Positions 1 to 11,484 are shown, numbered from the whole stretch's first letter. The stretch: 62,372 nt of DNA, filler included, from Hausera hauseri (GCA_046269625.1; 12 parts of 12 records of this genome joined end to end with filler, not necessarily neighbours in it); one strand, 5' to 3'. The notes: a model not told the origin generated them from the sequence alone. Numbers and translations are program-made.

Positions 1-1336
1 TACAATTATCCAAACACAAAATGATATTATAATTCAAAATCTCATTCACGATGATTTAGCAACGTTACAAAGTCGTTTACAGGGTCTGGCTACATTCAAA
101 AATATCGAAGCGGAATATAAAAATTGACAAGAAACAGCACGAGCGACAATTGATAGGAAAGTTCTCAATTTTCCAATGAAATGCGCCGATACTCATTTGG
201 GTAATCGAACAATTTCCTGTCGGCGAACTCATGACATTTCCTTGAAACGTAAATTGACGATATTCAATCCAGATCGACACCAACCAGACAGAAAGAAATT
301 GAATATTTTCGAGAGATCTGAAGAATTGAAACAACAATAAATCTCCAATCCTTCCAAACAAGAAGAAACAACTAGTGCATGGATCAGACCGAAGTGTAGA
401 TCAATAAAAAATTTCGCAAACTCTACACGCAATCTGGTTCAAAGCCGAACACTGTCGCGATCTCAGATCAATCAGAGATCGAAGTTTTGATTTCGTCATC
501 CCGTGTTTGAACTGATCAATCTTTCCTATCTACAAAAGCTCTTCCTTTCAATCAATCATCACTGATTACGTCAGACTACTATTCATCCGACATTCACTTC
601 GGTGTCATTTTAGCCCGAAATCGTTCCTATTCCTATTGGCCAAACACCGCCAGAACGAACTGAAGTCAAGTCACCAGTCAAGGAAACATCGACATTCATC
701 ACTGATACCAGTCGCCAGTTTGTGCCTGACAGTGAATCACCATCGACTATTGTAAAAACTGGTTCACCCGAACGGACTGTTACAAAGATATCTCCATGAA
801 CGTCATCATCTTTAATAGCTTTTGTTAACATAAAAAAATCTGTAGAAACAACGGAGACTCCAATAGTCACTATTAATCAAGGCAGGTCTGCTGATTTGGT
901 AAGTCCAGCAACGGCAATGAGTTGTTGATGATGCGCCGTGGTGGCGGGTAAACATCCACTAATCAAATGGTACCGTGTAGTTCAACAGTAACTATCGCTG
1001 CGACAGACCACATTTTCACCAATCAAATTCTCAAGCCGTTGAAGAGCCAAACACCCCTCTCTAATATACCAAATAAATTTGACTCTCCGCCATCGTACAA
1101 TTATTTCGGCTTCACCACAGTTCTGCAATACAATTCCTACGAAATCGCTGCAAATCAGCCATCCAACCTTTTGTCATCTACAAAACACATCGCAGTAAAA
1201 CAGGTAAGAAATCGGTTACCCCGAAATTTGGGACCCGCCGCGGCGAAGCTGGGGTCCCGGCCGCCCACTCTGTGCCATTGGGTCAGACAGCGCTTTCGTT
1301 GCCGCCCCACAGCAAGCCCCCGGGCATATTACATCT

Positions 1337-1550
1337 CCCTACTTTATCTTTCTTTTTTTAAATAACAAATATATATACATACGAAGCATTACACTTACAT
1401 GCTGCAGCCATTCATAACTTCATCTCTACCTTAACCCACTCCTTTGATTTCAACCTCACATACAATGGATCTGTAGTGCCTTTCGCTGAACCCCTCCAAC
1501 CTTCTACAACTTCCGTCTGCATTCACATTCACATCCGTATTCGTGGTGGC
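1337..1550 (+). pseudogene. Ubiquitin-like domain ending RIRGG directly before the Gag Met
   Basis: YFIFLFLNNK/(frameshift in AT run)/EALHLHAAAIHNFISTLTHSFDFNLTYNGSVVPFAEPLQPSTTSVCIHIHIRIRGG-M; aligns with 34117..34332. Confidence 0.7.
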
Positions 1551-2628
1551 ATGGATTCGTCACCCACAATTGATACCACAGACTAACTCACCATAAAACA
1601 AATCCGCAGCATTCACTAATCCAAACAAAGTGCTTCAAAAACCCCTACACAACACATCCTCCTCACCCATTCGCCCTGCACCAAATACTTCCTCGACAGC
1701 CAAAACTTTACTCAAGCTTGGCTAAAACTGCACCAATTTTGGCTCCATTCACAAAATGTCGTCGACTCTATCCAAAGCCAACAGCCTCTTTTTCCACTTA
1801 CCACCTTCCATTAAAACTAAAATTACCAATATCATCGATATCCTTCATCATACCGACCCATATACTAAACTTTACAATGCCGTTCTGAAGCTTACTGAGC
1901 CTTCAATCGATTCAATCATTCAAAGGTTCTTCAACGATAACGCCATGGGCCTTCAGAAACCTACTGAATTCTTACGCACATCCTTATCTCACCTCAACAT
2001 CCTTGGCGTAATATCTGAGCATAGTCCAGAACTTATTTGACGCTATTTTTTAAATACATTACCCCTTCAAATAAGAGCTTTGCTTACCGTGGTCGAGGAC
2101 TCCACGGCCCTGGACAAGCTAGCCGAACTGGCGGACGAAGCATATAAAGTACTACACTCCCATACAGCACCAACTGTCTTTGCAGCATTAACAACAGATC
2201 TACAACAACAAAATGCAACGCTGCAGCAACAAATTGCTCAATTACGCACGGAAAATAAAAAGTTGCAGAAAACAATTAACAATAGAAATGAAAAATTAAA
2301 CGAATTAACGCTGCCTTGAAGGAGTTTTTCTAGGGCCGCTTCCCCAAATGTATTCAATCAACGTCAAAGACGGTCGCCTTCGCCCGTGCGGTCATCTATT
2401 TGCTATTATCATAGCTAATTTGGTAACAATGCTCAGACATGCTACATCGGTTGCAAATTTTATTCCCATGATTTTAATACAAGCAACATTGTTCGCATCT
2501 ATCAATCAAAATTTGGCACAAAAGCATAATAATGCCTACCTGGCTGTACATACAACACACACAATAAAACCAACACTACTAATTTCACACAGCACAGTAA
2601 AACAAACTCACCAGCTACAAAAAACTGA
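1551..2628 (+). pseudogene. gag: gag (DUF7041-type capsid, coiled coil, two CxxH-x-FG-x-A-x-C-x-C knuckles), interrupted
   Basis: ORF pieces 1756..2040 and 2080..2319; ICYYHS*FGNNAQTCYIGC and IYQSKFGTKA**CLPGC; ends ACA AAA AAC TGA. Confidence 0.85.
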
Positions 2629-2660
2629 TTTCGCCGCTAGAACAGACGGCAAGTCCTAGC
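2619..2660 (+). promoter_or_regulatory. -1 ribosomal frameshift signal: A AAA AAC heptamer plus H-type pseudoknot
   Basis: Gag frame AAA AAC TGA; -1 frame KKLISP...FLIDTGA; stems GCCG/CGGC and CTAG/CTAG; covaries with the copy at 32987..33028. Confidence 0.8.
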
Positions 2661-5142
2661 AAAGGCAACAACCTGCAAAAACATAGCCAACACATTTCAT
2701 TTTCTGTATTCACATTGGAAGCAGCAATCGACACTCCAACAAAGCAAAGTATTAACTTTCTCATCGACACCGGCGCAGTAATCTCTCTACAGCCAACAAC
2801 ATAACACATCCAAAACAATTACACTTCACGAAAGCAACTGTTCACTGCGTGCGGTGAACCTTTACAAATTTTTGGAGTTACCAATTTAACATTCTCTCTT
2901 CCACACATCCCAAACACATTCACACGAAAATTTACAGTAGCCAACGTACGCAAACCTATATTGGGTCCAAACTTTCTGTCCCACTACAATTTACTTGAAG
3001 ATTGCAAACGATGTTCGTTAAAGTCGGAAATAATCTTAATGAAATTAGCAGAATTTCGGTGACCACCCGGGTGATCGCTTCCAACAAGTCAATACTGAAG
3101 CAAGCGACTTTCGATTTAAATTATTTTTACAATCATACATTATACAGAAATTTTTACTACAGTGACAAGTACGATATTGCCGGCTGCGTACACGATCTTC
3201 AACACGAACATCATGCACCAAATACCACCTAGTCACAGTACTTTGTCTACAACTCATACCGAAACTGCATCCAGTTACGATGCATCGACACCATCTGAAA
3301 ATTTTTTATGGTGGCCTTCTGATTTAAAGAAATACATTGCGTCTTCCTGCACGCGTCTGTTGCAAAAGGATAAATCATTCGGACTACCTCAATCCACTTT
3401 CCATAACATAGTAACAGCACATCAAAGACCAATACTTAAAAAGGTCCGTCCCCTATCGCCTCGTCGCAGACAGGCAGTGGAGGCTGAGTTTCTCTAACTG
3501 GAAAGATCAGGAATAATCAGAAGATCCAAATCCACGCGGTCTTCACCACTGCATGTGGTTCAAAAAAAAGTTGGCACTTTTTGCCCATGCGATGATTACC
3601 GCCAACTCAACATCATAACAACCATGGATGTTTATCCTCTACCATTAATCACAATATCCTTCAGAGGCTCCATGGTTCGACCATCTTTTCCTGCATTGAT
3701 TTGCGCAAAGCATACCACAAAATTCCGGTGGCCCCAGCAAACATTCCGAAAACGGCTTTTATTACACCTTTTGGCCTTGTCAAATACCTTTTCATACCTT
3801 TTGGACTCCGTAGCGCTTCTCAGACCTTCCAAAGGCACATTGATACAGTCCTATCAGGTTTAAACTTTGCTTATCCCTATATCGATGATATCTTAATTGC
3901 ATCATCCTCCTCGAAACAACACTCCAAACACTTACGTTTGATCTTTCATCGCTTTCACCAAAACAAGTGGCAAATTAATGTCTCCAAATGCTCTTTTTTC
4001 AACATAAGGTCAACTTCCTAGAAAAATATTATTAGCTGTTCCGGACATTCATCTCAGCCAGACCGCATCACACAGCTCAAAAACATACAGCTACCATGTA
4101 CATCAACAGAGATGCGTTCTTTTCTCGGAACCTTGCACTTCATTTATAAGTATGTTCCACACTTTTCCACTCTAACCGCTCCATTTGCTTCATTAAGCTC
4201 TGGCAAGAAGAAATAGCCTATTCAATGGACAGCCAAGCTAGTCAACGTTTTCGATCACCTCAAAGACAATTTAAAATGGTAGAAATCCTGGTCTATCCAG
4301 ACTCCTATGCAGAACTCTTCTTAACCACGGACGCATCTACAACAGCTGCAAGTGCTGTTCTCCATCAAGTTAAAAATGAATCCCATGAGCTATTGGAATT
4401 CTTTTTTCGAAAATGCACAGCACAAGAGCAAAGATATTCCACCTTTGACCGAGAGTTGTTTGCAATGGTCATTGCCGTAAAACACTTTAAACATTAGGTA
4501 ACCGCACAAACTTTTACAACACAAACGGACCACAAACCGTTGCTTCAAATTTTTACCATGAAATCGCCTTTTCCACATCAGGAGAGGCAAATAATGTATT
4601 TATCAACGTTTAATTTTGTAATCAAGCACCTAAACGGAGTCAGAAACTTAGTAGCTGACTTTTTGTCCCGATTGGTCAGCTCGATTGATTTCACACCAAT
4701 TTTTCCTCAGTCCAAACTTCAACAAAACCAGCCACCGTCTGATATCCTTAAATCTTTTAAATCGTGCAAAACCATCGATGGTGTGACCTTTGACACTTCC
4801 AAACCTAATAATCCTAAAGTCATCCTTTCTGAATCGCTTCAAGAAAAAGCATTCAACAACATTAATTCGTTGCATCATCCCGGTGCCAAGGCCACTTTNN
4901 NNNNNNNNGACAGTGTGTGGCATGCCAAAAATACAAAGTTACTAAGCACCTAAAGACAACTTTATTTCATTTTCCCTGCACGTTTTGTTTCGAATCTGTT
5001 TACATTGACTTTGTAGACCCATTACTCTTAAACAACGACCATCAGTTCATCCTCACAATTATGGACCGTTCCTCGCGATGGCCAGAGGCTGTCCCGCTTC
5101 GGAGCACCAACACAGAAACAATCGCAGACATCTTTATCCGCA
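2619..5142 (+). pseudogene. pol: pol (PR-RT-RNase H-integrase), interrupted, truncated by contig end
   Basis: LIDTGA; AYPYIDDILI; LTTDAS; HHPG..C..CQ zinc motif; IDFV, MDRSSRWPEAVP. Confidence 0.9.
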
Positions 5143-5242
5143 NNNNNNNNNNNNNNNNNNNNNNNNNNNNNNNNNNNNNNNNNNNNTTAATTAATTAANN
5201 NNNNNNNNNNNNNNNNNNNNNNNNNNNNNNNNNNNNNNNNNN
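5143..5242. other. Artificial contig linker N44-TTAATTAATTAA-N44
   Basis: Six-frame stop spacer flanked by Ns; identical 11 times in the window. Confidence 0.98.
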
Positions 5243-5332
5243 CAATTAAGCACCCCTATAAGTCAACGATTAACGAAGGAACGGCACGAAGAACAAACAC
5301 AGTCAGATGATGGATATTCTACTTTAGTACAC

Positions 5333-5704
5333 ATGATGATGGAACATAGAAACCAGAATACACCTCACGAATGCTCCGATCATTTACAAAAGAGACTACC
5401 GTATCCAAATCAAAGAGAGGATTGGAAAGCTATTAGTTCTACATATATACCTCCACCGAAAAAAGGGAAATATAGCTGCCCCAAAGAAATATTACGAAAA
5501 AACTACGCTGACACTGAAGAATGGGGAAAGTTGCCAGAGCCATTAAAGGAAGCAGTGAAAGAATTAAACGAGAATGGTTGTGAATGGGAACCATATAAAA
5601 CTAATAAATGCATAGCACCAGAGCTAATAAAGGTAATACGAGAGGATATCAATTTGATACCAAGGCAAACGACACATGAGACGAAGACGATTTTAATTAT
5701 TTAA
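5333..5704 (+). CDS. Hypothetical ORF fragment, unassigned; abuts the BEL/Pao remnant
   Basis: 123-aa open frame, no recognised motif. Confidence 0.25.
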   Translation: MMMEHRNQNTPHECSDHLQKRLPYPNQREDWKAISSTYIPPPKKGKYSCPKEILRKNYADTEEWGKLPEPLKEAVKELNENGCEWEPYKTNKCIAPELIKVIREDINLIPRQTTHETKTILII

Positions 5705-8245
5705 TTAATTTCCATGTTGTCTCACCAAGTGTAGTACGTCCATATTGTCGCTCCAATAACACAACTTCTTGTTGTCGTACTCTAATGCCGTCGAAATCTT
5801 CTGTCCTACTTTTACTCCTGTCACAGCAGCTAGTAACTCCAATCGCGGTACTGAAACAACTTTTGTTAGTGATATTTTACTTTTTGCTACTATTATATTG
5901 CTAGTTTTTTTATCCCCTGTGATGACCAAGTAAGCGACGGCTCCATAAGCATCCTTGGACGCATCACAGAATATATGTGTTTCATATGGTGACTGATCGA
6001 CTATTAGTACACGTTTTATTTGAACTTTATCTAAATCTTGTTGTTCCGATACCCATTCTTTCGCTTGCTTGATTAAGTGGTCTGGGAGTTGTTCGTCCCA
6101 GTCTGCGCCATGCATCCACATCTCTTAAATAATCAATTTTCCTTTCATTAAATAACTACTGAGAAACCCTAATGGATCAAATATTCTAGCTACTAAGCTC
6201 AAAATTTTTATTTTTCTAGTAATTTCTTCTGATTGGGCTCTTTTATAGAAGAAGAATACATCACTATTAGCGTTTCAACGCATACCTAGAGTTTTCGTCT
6301 TCGTCTCCTCATGTACAATCTGGTAACACGCAGATCTTTCATCTTCCGGTATAATTTCTCGTAATCTCTCGGAATTTGAGACCCATTTTCTTGCTGACAT
6401 ACTGGCCTAACTCCACAACAATTTTAGATCACGGTACATTTTTACTGCCTCCTCTTCTGTCTTAACAGACATCAAGCTGTCATCCATGTATGTCGCGTTT
6501 TTAACAACCCATGCCGCTTCAGGCACACACTCTGTGTGTTTCTTAGCGTTTACACGACTTACTAATTGTGCTAGGTATGACGATGTATTCAGTCCAAATA
6601 CTAATCTTTGGAATTCATAGACTTTCTCGATATTTCCTTCCTTCCAGAGAAATCTTAAGTATCTTCGATCTTCCTGTGCCACTCCAATCTGTAGAAACAT
6701 TTCTGTAATATCACATACCATTGCAATTTCGTATTTTCTAAACCTGATTAATATATCTTCTAAATCTAATTGCAACTTTGGTCCTTGGTGGATCATATCA
6801 TTCAGACTAAGACCCATACTTTTTGAGGCTGCGTCGAACACTATTCTAATTTTTGTCGTTTCTGCATCTCTTCTTACAACCGGAAAATGTGGTAGAATCC
6901 ATCCTGTCGTATTGGCTTCCAGTTCTTCTGTGACGCTCTTAATACACCCCTTCCTTTCGTGCTTGTCTATTTGGTTCTGGTACCCTTCCTTCAAATTCAA
7001 ACCCTTTTCTAATTTATTTTCTAACAGCGGTAACCGTCTCCTAGCAACTCTATTATTATCTGGCAACTCTTGTGGGTTTCCGTTCCATGGAATTTTGACC
7101 TCATACCTGTTGTTTACATATTTCATATCTCCCTGGGATTTCTGCATTATCTTCTCTTCTTCCTCTGTCCACTGTTGGCTCTTTTCTAACATATCTTCTA
7201 GCCTCTATAGCTGCTCTAAATCATCCTTTAATTCTGCTTCGCTTGAGAGGAAACATCTAATAAAGTTAGATCGCTTCTGAAATGGTCTGGTTGTTGATAT
7301 TGGTCCGATACAGGTCCACCCTAGTGGTGTTAATTGAGCCACGGGTTTTCCTTCCTTCCCGGATATTTCTTTGATTGCTCGGTGAAGCTGATTATAATTT
7401 ACTCCTATTAAACCCTCAACTTTCCCTGACTTCATCACATTTGGGAAAGGTATTCCCCTTAAATGGTTCCATTTGTTTCCTGATATATTCCAATTGGTCG
7501 CGTTTAAATTACCTACGACGTTTTAGATTGTCAGTGCTGAGACCTTCACTTCTAAGTTTCTATTTAAACTACAAAGGTGAAATTCGACCCTTGCTGCGCT
7601 TCTCCTCCTTTTCTCACCAAGTAAGACCTCTAACGAAATCGATTCTGGTTCTTGTTCTAAAAGCAACCTTTCTGCTACCGAAGTACTAATGTAACTGTCA
7701 GTGCTAGCATCATCTAGTAAAACATTGATCTTTTCTTCATATTTCCCGTTGCGTACAATCACTGGAATGGTTTTCAGCGAAACTTCATCTTGCTCTTCTG
7801 TGCTATGTCTTCCTGTTACATAACTCTTGTTTTGATCATTCTTAAACTTTTCTGATTCATTCGAACTTCTCTCACTTCCACTTTGGGAGGATTCTCGTAA
7901 CTTTCCCGGATTAATGCTATCTGACGTATGTCTTCGATTACTAGTTCGTCCAACTTGCTTTTCACTCTTCTGTGAGTCTGACTCTGTAGTTTCATGCGCG
8001 AACTGACATTTATCGTCGTTTCTGCAGTTCCCTTGTTGGTAATACCTGCATATCTTCTTATTTTCGCCCTCTTCTTCATTACTTCCATGGGGATATTTGC
8101 ATTTCTTCCCGAAAGTGCAATTCCCCTTTGCGAACGCCCAACATGCTCCTTTAACAATTGGCATTTTCTCCTTGACTTCTGTGAAGTGGTTATAATGCTT
8201 ATTTACTATTTTCTCTTCCGAACCATGATTTTGAAATGTTTATAA
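5705..8245 (-). mobile_element. BEL/Pao LTR retrotransposon fragment (gag C-term, PR, RT, RNase H), decayed
   Basis: LLDDASTDSYI protease; TPLGWTCIGP; LPHFPVVRRDAETTKIRIVFDAAS...GPKLQ...YMDD RT; HIFCDASKDAYGAVAY...VPRLELLAA RNase H. Confidence 0.95.
7994..8143 (-). CDS. Tandem CCCH (C-x7-C-x5-C-x3-H) zinc fingers in the BEL/Pao polyprotein
   Basis: CWAFAKGNCTFGKKCKYPH and CRYYQQGNCRNDDKCQFAH, in frame with the protease in ORF 7523..8164. Confidence 0.9.
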
Positions 8246-8264
8246 TCGGATTCAATTTACGTGC

Positions 8265-8640
8265 TGTGAAATATATCTTTAATAAATGTGATGTGTACTG
8301 TTTAATAAAATTGTGATGTATTCACTGTTAAGTCACTGACCCATCGAAATCGACACTTTGAAAACTTTCGAAATCGACCGCCACATTGTGGTGCAAGAAA
8401 CGCAGGGACACAGGATCTTTAGATACAGATTGGATTAAAACACCATTTAGAACCGGAACAAACAGTGAGTATGATTGATTATTCTATATCTTTTATTGCT
8501 TTGAATTAGTGTAAAACATGTCTGCAGAATTAGATCATTTGAAAGGAAGACGAACCTCGATTAGCGGGCAAAGGACGAAGTTGTGCAAAAAAATTGAAAA
8601 CGTAATAGAATATAAGATAAATGACCCTACATGGGATAAA
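8265..8640 (+). mobile_element. Probable 5' end of a second BEL/Pao-like element: LTR end, PBS, gag start
   Basis: AATAAA x2, ...CCACA at 8385, TGGTGCAAGAAACGCAGGGA (8389..8408; resembles tRNA-Phe PBS TGGTGCCGAAACCCGGGA), ORF MSAELDHLKGRRTSISGQRTKL. Confidence 0.55.
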
Positions 8641-9036
8641 CATTTAAATCCCCAATTTAACCAAAATAATGAAAGCACTTATAATGATTATTATAATCTG
8701 TCATTTGATGTTTCCAGCAAATGAAATTAACTTTACAGTTTTTTTTCTTACTTGGATAAAGTATTGGATAAATATTAATTAATGATTAAAAAGTATTGTT
8801 ATAAATGTGGGGTAATCAAATTCAGTCATAAACAGAAAATAACATACACCTTTTACAGAAATGCCTACAACATAATCACATTTGCTTATTTAATGAAACA
8901 AAAATTAACAACTAGCAAACATATCCACAGACCCACTATAAATCTTCGATGGCGAATTCTGTTTATATGTTTAGTAACATATCACAAGATAAATTAGATT
9001 AAACACTGACTGCCAAATACATTTCAAAGTGCATTT

Positions 9037-9131
9037 ACACACACAAACACACACACACACGCGCGAGCGCGCGCGCGAACGCACCCACGCACGCACCCAC
9101 GCACACACAATGTTTACTAAACACACACACA
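9037..9131. repeat. Compound (CA)n/(CG)n/(CACG)n microsatellite
   Basis: Directly visible. Confidence 0.9.
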
Positions 9132-9260
9132 TACAAATCAAATTGCATATAGGCATCCACGTGCAAATCGAATTTTCACGTTTATTTACCAAACGAACCT
9201 AGACACAAATTATGTATAATAAACTTTAAGCATACACAGACAATGCACGCATTTCATATA

Positions 9261-9360
9261 NNNNNNNNNNNNNNNNNNNNNNNNNNNNNNNNNNNNNNNN
9301 NNNNTTAATTAATTAANNNNNNNNNNNNNNNNNNNNNNNNNNNNNNNNNNNNNNNNNNNN
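9261..9360. other. Artificial contig linker
   Basis: N44-TTAATTAATTAA-N44. Confidence 0.98.
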
Positions 9361-9380
9361 ATATTTTTTATTTTGCTGTT

Positions 9381-11140
9381 ATCAATCAAACTTTTTATTC
9401 AGCCAATACTAGGTCCATAATAAACAAGAACAAACAACAAAACAACAACAAAACACATTAAAAATAGAATGTTCATCCATTGCCATATAAATTAAGGCGC
9501 CAGTGATTCCACAGACTAGAGAAGAACCTAACCGAGCTTTGTACGGGGTTGGTCAGAGTATAAATGATGTTATTTACAGAGTCTGTTAGCCTACACATAC
9601 ATCTGTACATGAGGTTTCGAAGCACAGCAGCACAAGTTGGTACGTTGGCATTTACAAACATCTGACTGGCACTGCTCCATCGCGGCACCTTAAGCAGCAT
9701 CCTCAGGCCATCATTGTACGCCACCTGAAGTTTATGCATACTGCTTTTTCTGTAATGCCGCCACAGGTGGGCAGTATACATTGGAGTACAGTATGCTTTA
9801 AAAAGTACAGTTTTTACAGATGTTGAGCACATAGAGAACTTCCGAAGAAGCATATTAGCTTGTGCATATTGCATACAACGCTGCCTGTAAATGTCCCTAT
9901 CATCAGACAGGTCAGCGGTCATGTAATGTCCCAAATATTTCACCTCATCACTGACTTGGAGGATGCTGCCAGACAGAGTGAAGTCAGGGAAAGATAATTT
10001 TGTGTCCTCTTTGCTCCTGACAATCATGATGTTACTCTTTCTCGCATTATATTTGATGTCAAAATTCAATCCATACTGAGAGCAAACCCTTAACAGTTGC
10101 TGCAGACCAGCGCTATATGGACAAAAGATTACCAGATCATCAGCATACATCAGATGGTTGATGGTTCTATTGCCAACCCGACAGCCTGTCCTACATTGAT
10201 TCAACAGCTTAGATAAATCATCCATATACACATTAAAAAGGCAAGGAGACAAAATGCTGCCTTGTCGCACACCATTACTCACATAAAAAGAAGATGATAC
10301 AAATGTTCCCCATTTTACAGACATAGACTGGTGAGCATACCAATACACTAAAATTCTTAATAAATATTTCGGAACTCCTCTATTGTACAATTTATAAAAC
10401 AATTTTTCATGATTGACACGATCAAATGCTTTTGAGGCATCAATGAAACACATAAAAATTGTGGTATTATGCCTGTTGTATAAATCCAAGATCTCCTTGA
10501 GAGCAAAAATGCACATATCAGTGCCATGGTTTGGTTTGAAGCCAAACTGGTTATCAGATGTGAGAATAAACTTCTCTAATCTATTAAGCATAGCCCTCTC
10601 CAAGACCTTCGATAAAGTACTGGCCAGAGCTATAGGTCGATAATTGTCTTTGCTATTTATTTTGCCAGCCTTATTTTTTACAACAGGCACTAAAATCACT
10701 GACAATATAGAGTTTGGTAAAATGCCATGAATTAAAAACCCAGTGAAACAAATAGCTAGCAAGGGAAAAACTTTTCTGCTTGCAAACTTTAAGTGCTCTG
10801 CAGATATCTTATCTGCCCCACATGCCTTACTATTTTTCAGCTTCATAACAATATCACTAACTTCTTGTGCAGAAATAGTGACATCTTCATGTTTGTCTAT
10901 GTTGTCTATAACGAAGGGATTACTTTTGCTACAATTAAACAGTTCATGATAATGTTCCTTCCATAACTGAATAATTTGGTCTGGTCCGTTTGCACCATCG
11001 ATGTTTGTTGGCAAGGATGTTTTTAGATTATTGATTCTTTTAATTTCTTTCCAAAATTCAGTAGGACTGTTATGTTGTAATTTCCTTGCAAGTGACTCCG
11101 ATTTAAGCATGTTTTCATTCCTCTTAATAAATCATAGAAC
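9381..11140 (-). mobile_element. 5'-truncated non-LTR retrotransposon (LINE, RTE-X-like)
   Basis: RT ORF plus 3' UTR with AATAAA and short (TTGA)n tail. Confidence 0.88.
9473..11110 (-). CDS. LINE reverse transcriptase domain, uninterrupted 545 aa
   Basis: NYRPIAL, QFGFK, DASKAFD, GVRQGSILSP, YADD, KYLGH; C-terminal LFKAYCTPMY as in RTE-X-like elements. Confidence 0.95.
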   Translation of the reverse strand: MLKSESLARKLQHNSPTEFWKEIKRINNLKTSLPTNIDGANGPDQIIQLWKEHYHELFNCSKSNPFVIDNIDKHEDVTISAQEVSDIVMKLKNSKACGADKISAEHLKFASRKVFPLLAICFTGFLIHGILPNSILSVILVPVVKNKAGKINSKDNYRPIALASTLSKVLERAMLNRLEKFILTSDNQFGFKPNHGTDMCIFALKEILDLYNRHNTTIFMCFIDASKAFDRVNHEKLFYKLYNRGVPKYLLRILVYWYAHQSMSVKWGTFVSSSFYVSNGVRQGSILSPCLFNVYMDDLSKLLNQCRTGCRVGNRTINHLMYADDLVIFCPYSAGLQQLLRVCSQYGLNFDIKYNARKSNIMIVRSKEDTKLSFPDFTLSGSILQVSDEVKYLGHYMTADLSDDRDIYRQRCMQYAQANMLLRKFSMCSTSVKTVLFKAYCTPMYTAHLWRHYRKSSMHKLQVAYNDGLRMLLKVPRWSSASQMFVNANVPTCAAVLRNLMYRCMCRLTDSVNNIIYTLTNPVQSSVRFFSSLWNHWRLNLYGNG

Positions 11141-11144
11141 ATGT

Positions 11145-11484
11145 GGGCGGCTGTGGCGGAGTGGTTAAAGGAATCGTCCTGGAACCGGAAGGTCACCGGT
11201 TCGATCCCCGTTCCAGCCGTCTCAGTCGTTGTGTCCTTGGGCAAGACACTTCACCTGCCTTGCCTACTGATGGTGGTCAGAGGGTCCGGTGGCGCCGGTG
11301 CATGGCAGCCCCACCTCTGTCAGTGCGCCCCAGGGCAGCTGTGGCTACAATGTAGTTTGCCATCATCAGTGTGTGAATGTGTGTGTGAATGGGTGAATGT
11401 CTGTAAGTGTAAAGCGCTTTGGGGGTCCGGAGGGACCTGATTAAAGCGCTATATAAGTTCAGTCCATTTACCATTTACCATTTA
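11145..11484 (+). mobile_element. tRNA-derived CORE-SINE resembling the teleost AFC family, apparently full length
   Basis: A box TGGCGGAGTGG (11154), B box GGTTCGATCCC (11198), CORE-like GTGTCCTTGGGCAAGACACTTCACC, GTAAAGCGCTTTG...AAAGCGCTATA tail, (CCATTTA)3 end. Confidence 0.88.

Larger units (their letters stand above)
967..5142 (+). mobile_element. Ty3/Gypsy LTR retrotransposon internal region, decayed (leader-UBL-gag-PR-RT-RH-IN); sister of 30703..34560
   Basis: Gag capsid motifs (DPYTKLYNAVLKL, MGLQKPTEFLR), PR FLIDTGA, RT (DYRQLN, PFGL, YIDD), RH (TTDAS, YSTFDREL), IN (MDRSSRWPEAVPL) in Gypsy order; many stops and frameshifts; LTRs not seen. Confidence 0.93.

Noticed and set aside
6912-7280. 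Antisense ORFs overlapping TE genes (e.g. 6912..7280, 20540..20944, 45178..45678)
   Set aside because: Shadow frames of real opposite-strand coding sequence
11145-11215. tRNA gene
   Set aside because: A/B boxes continue into CORE and LINE-like tail; it is a SINE head
11141-11474. ORFs 11141..11440, 11143..11355 and 11277..11474
   Set aside because: Incidental frames within the GC-rich SINE
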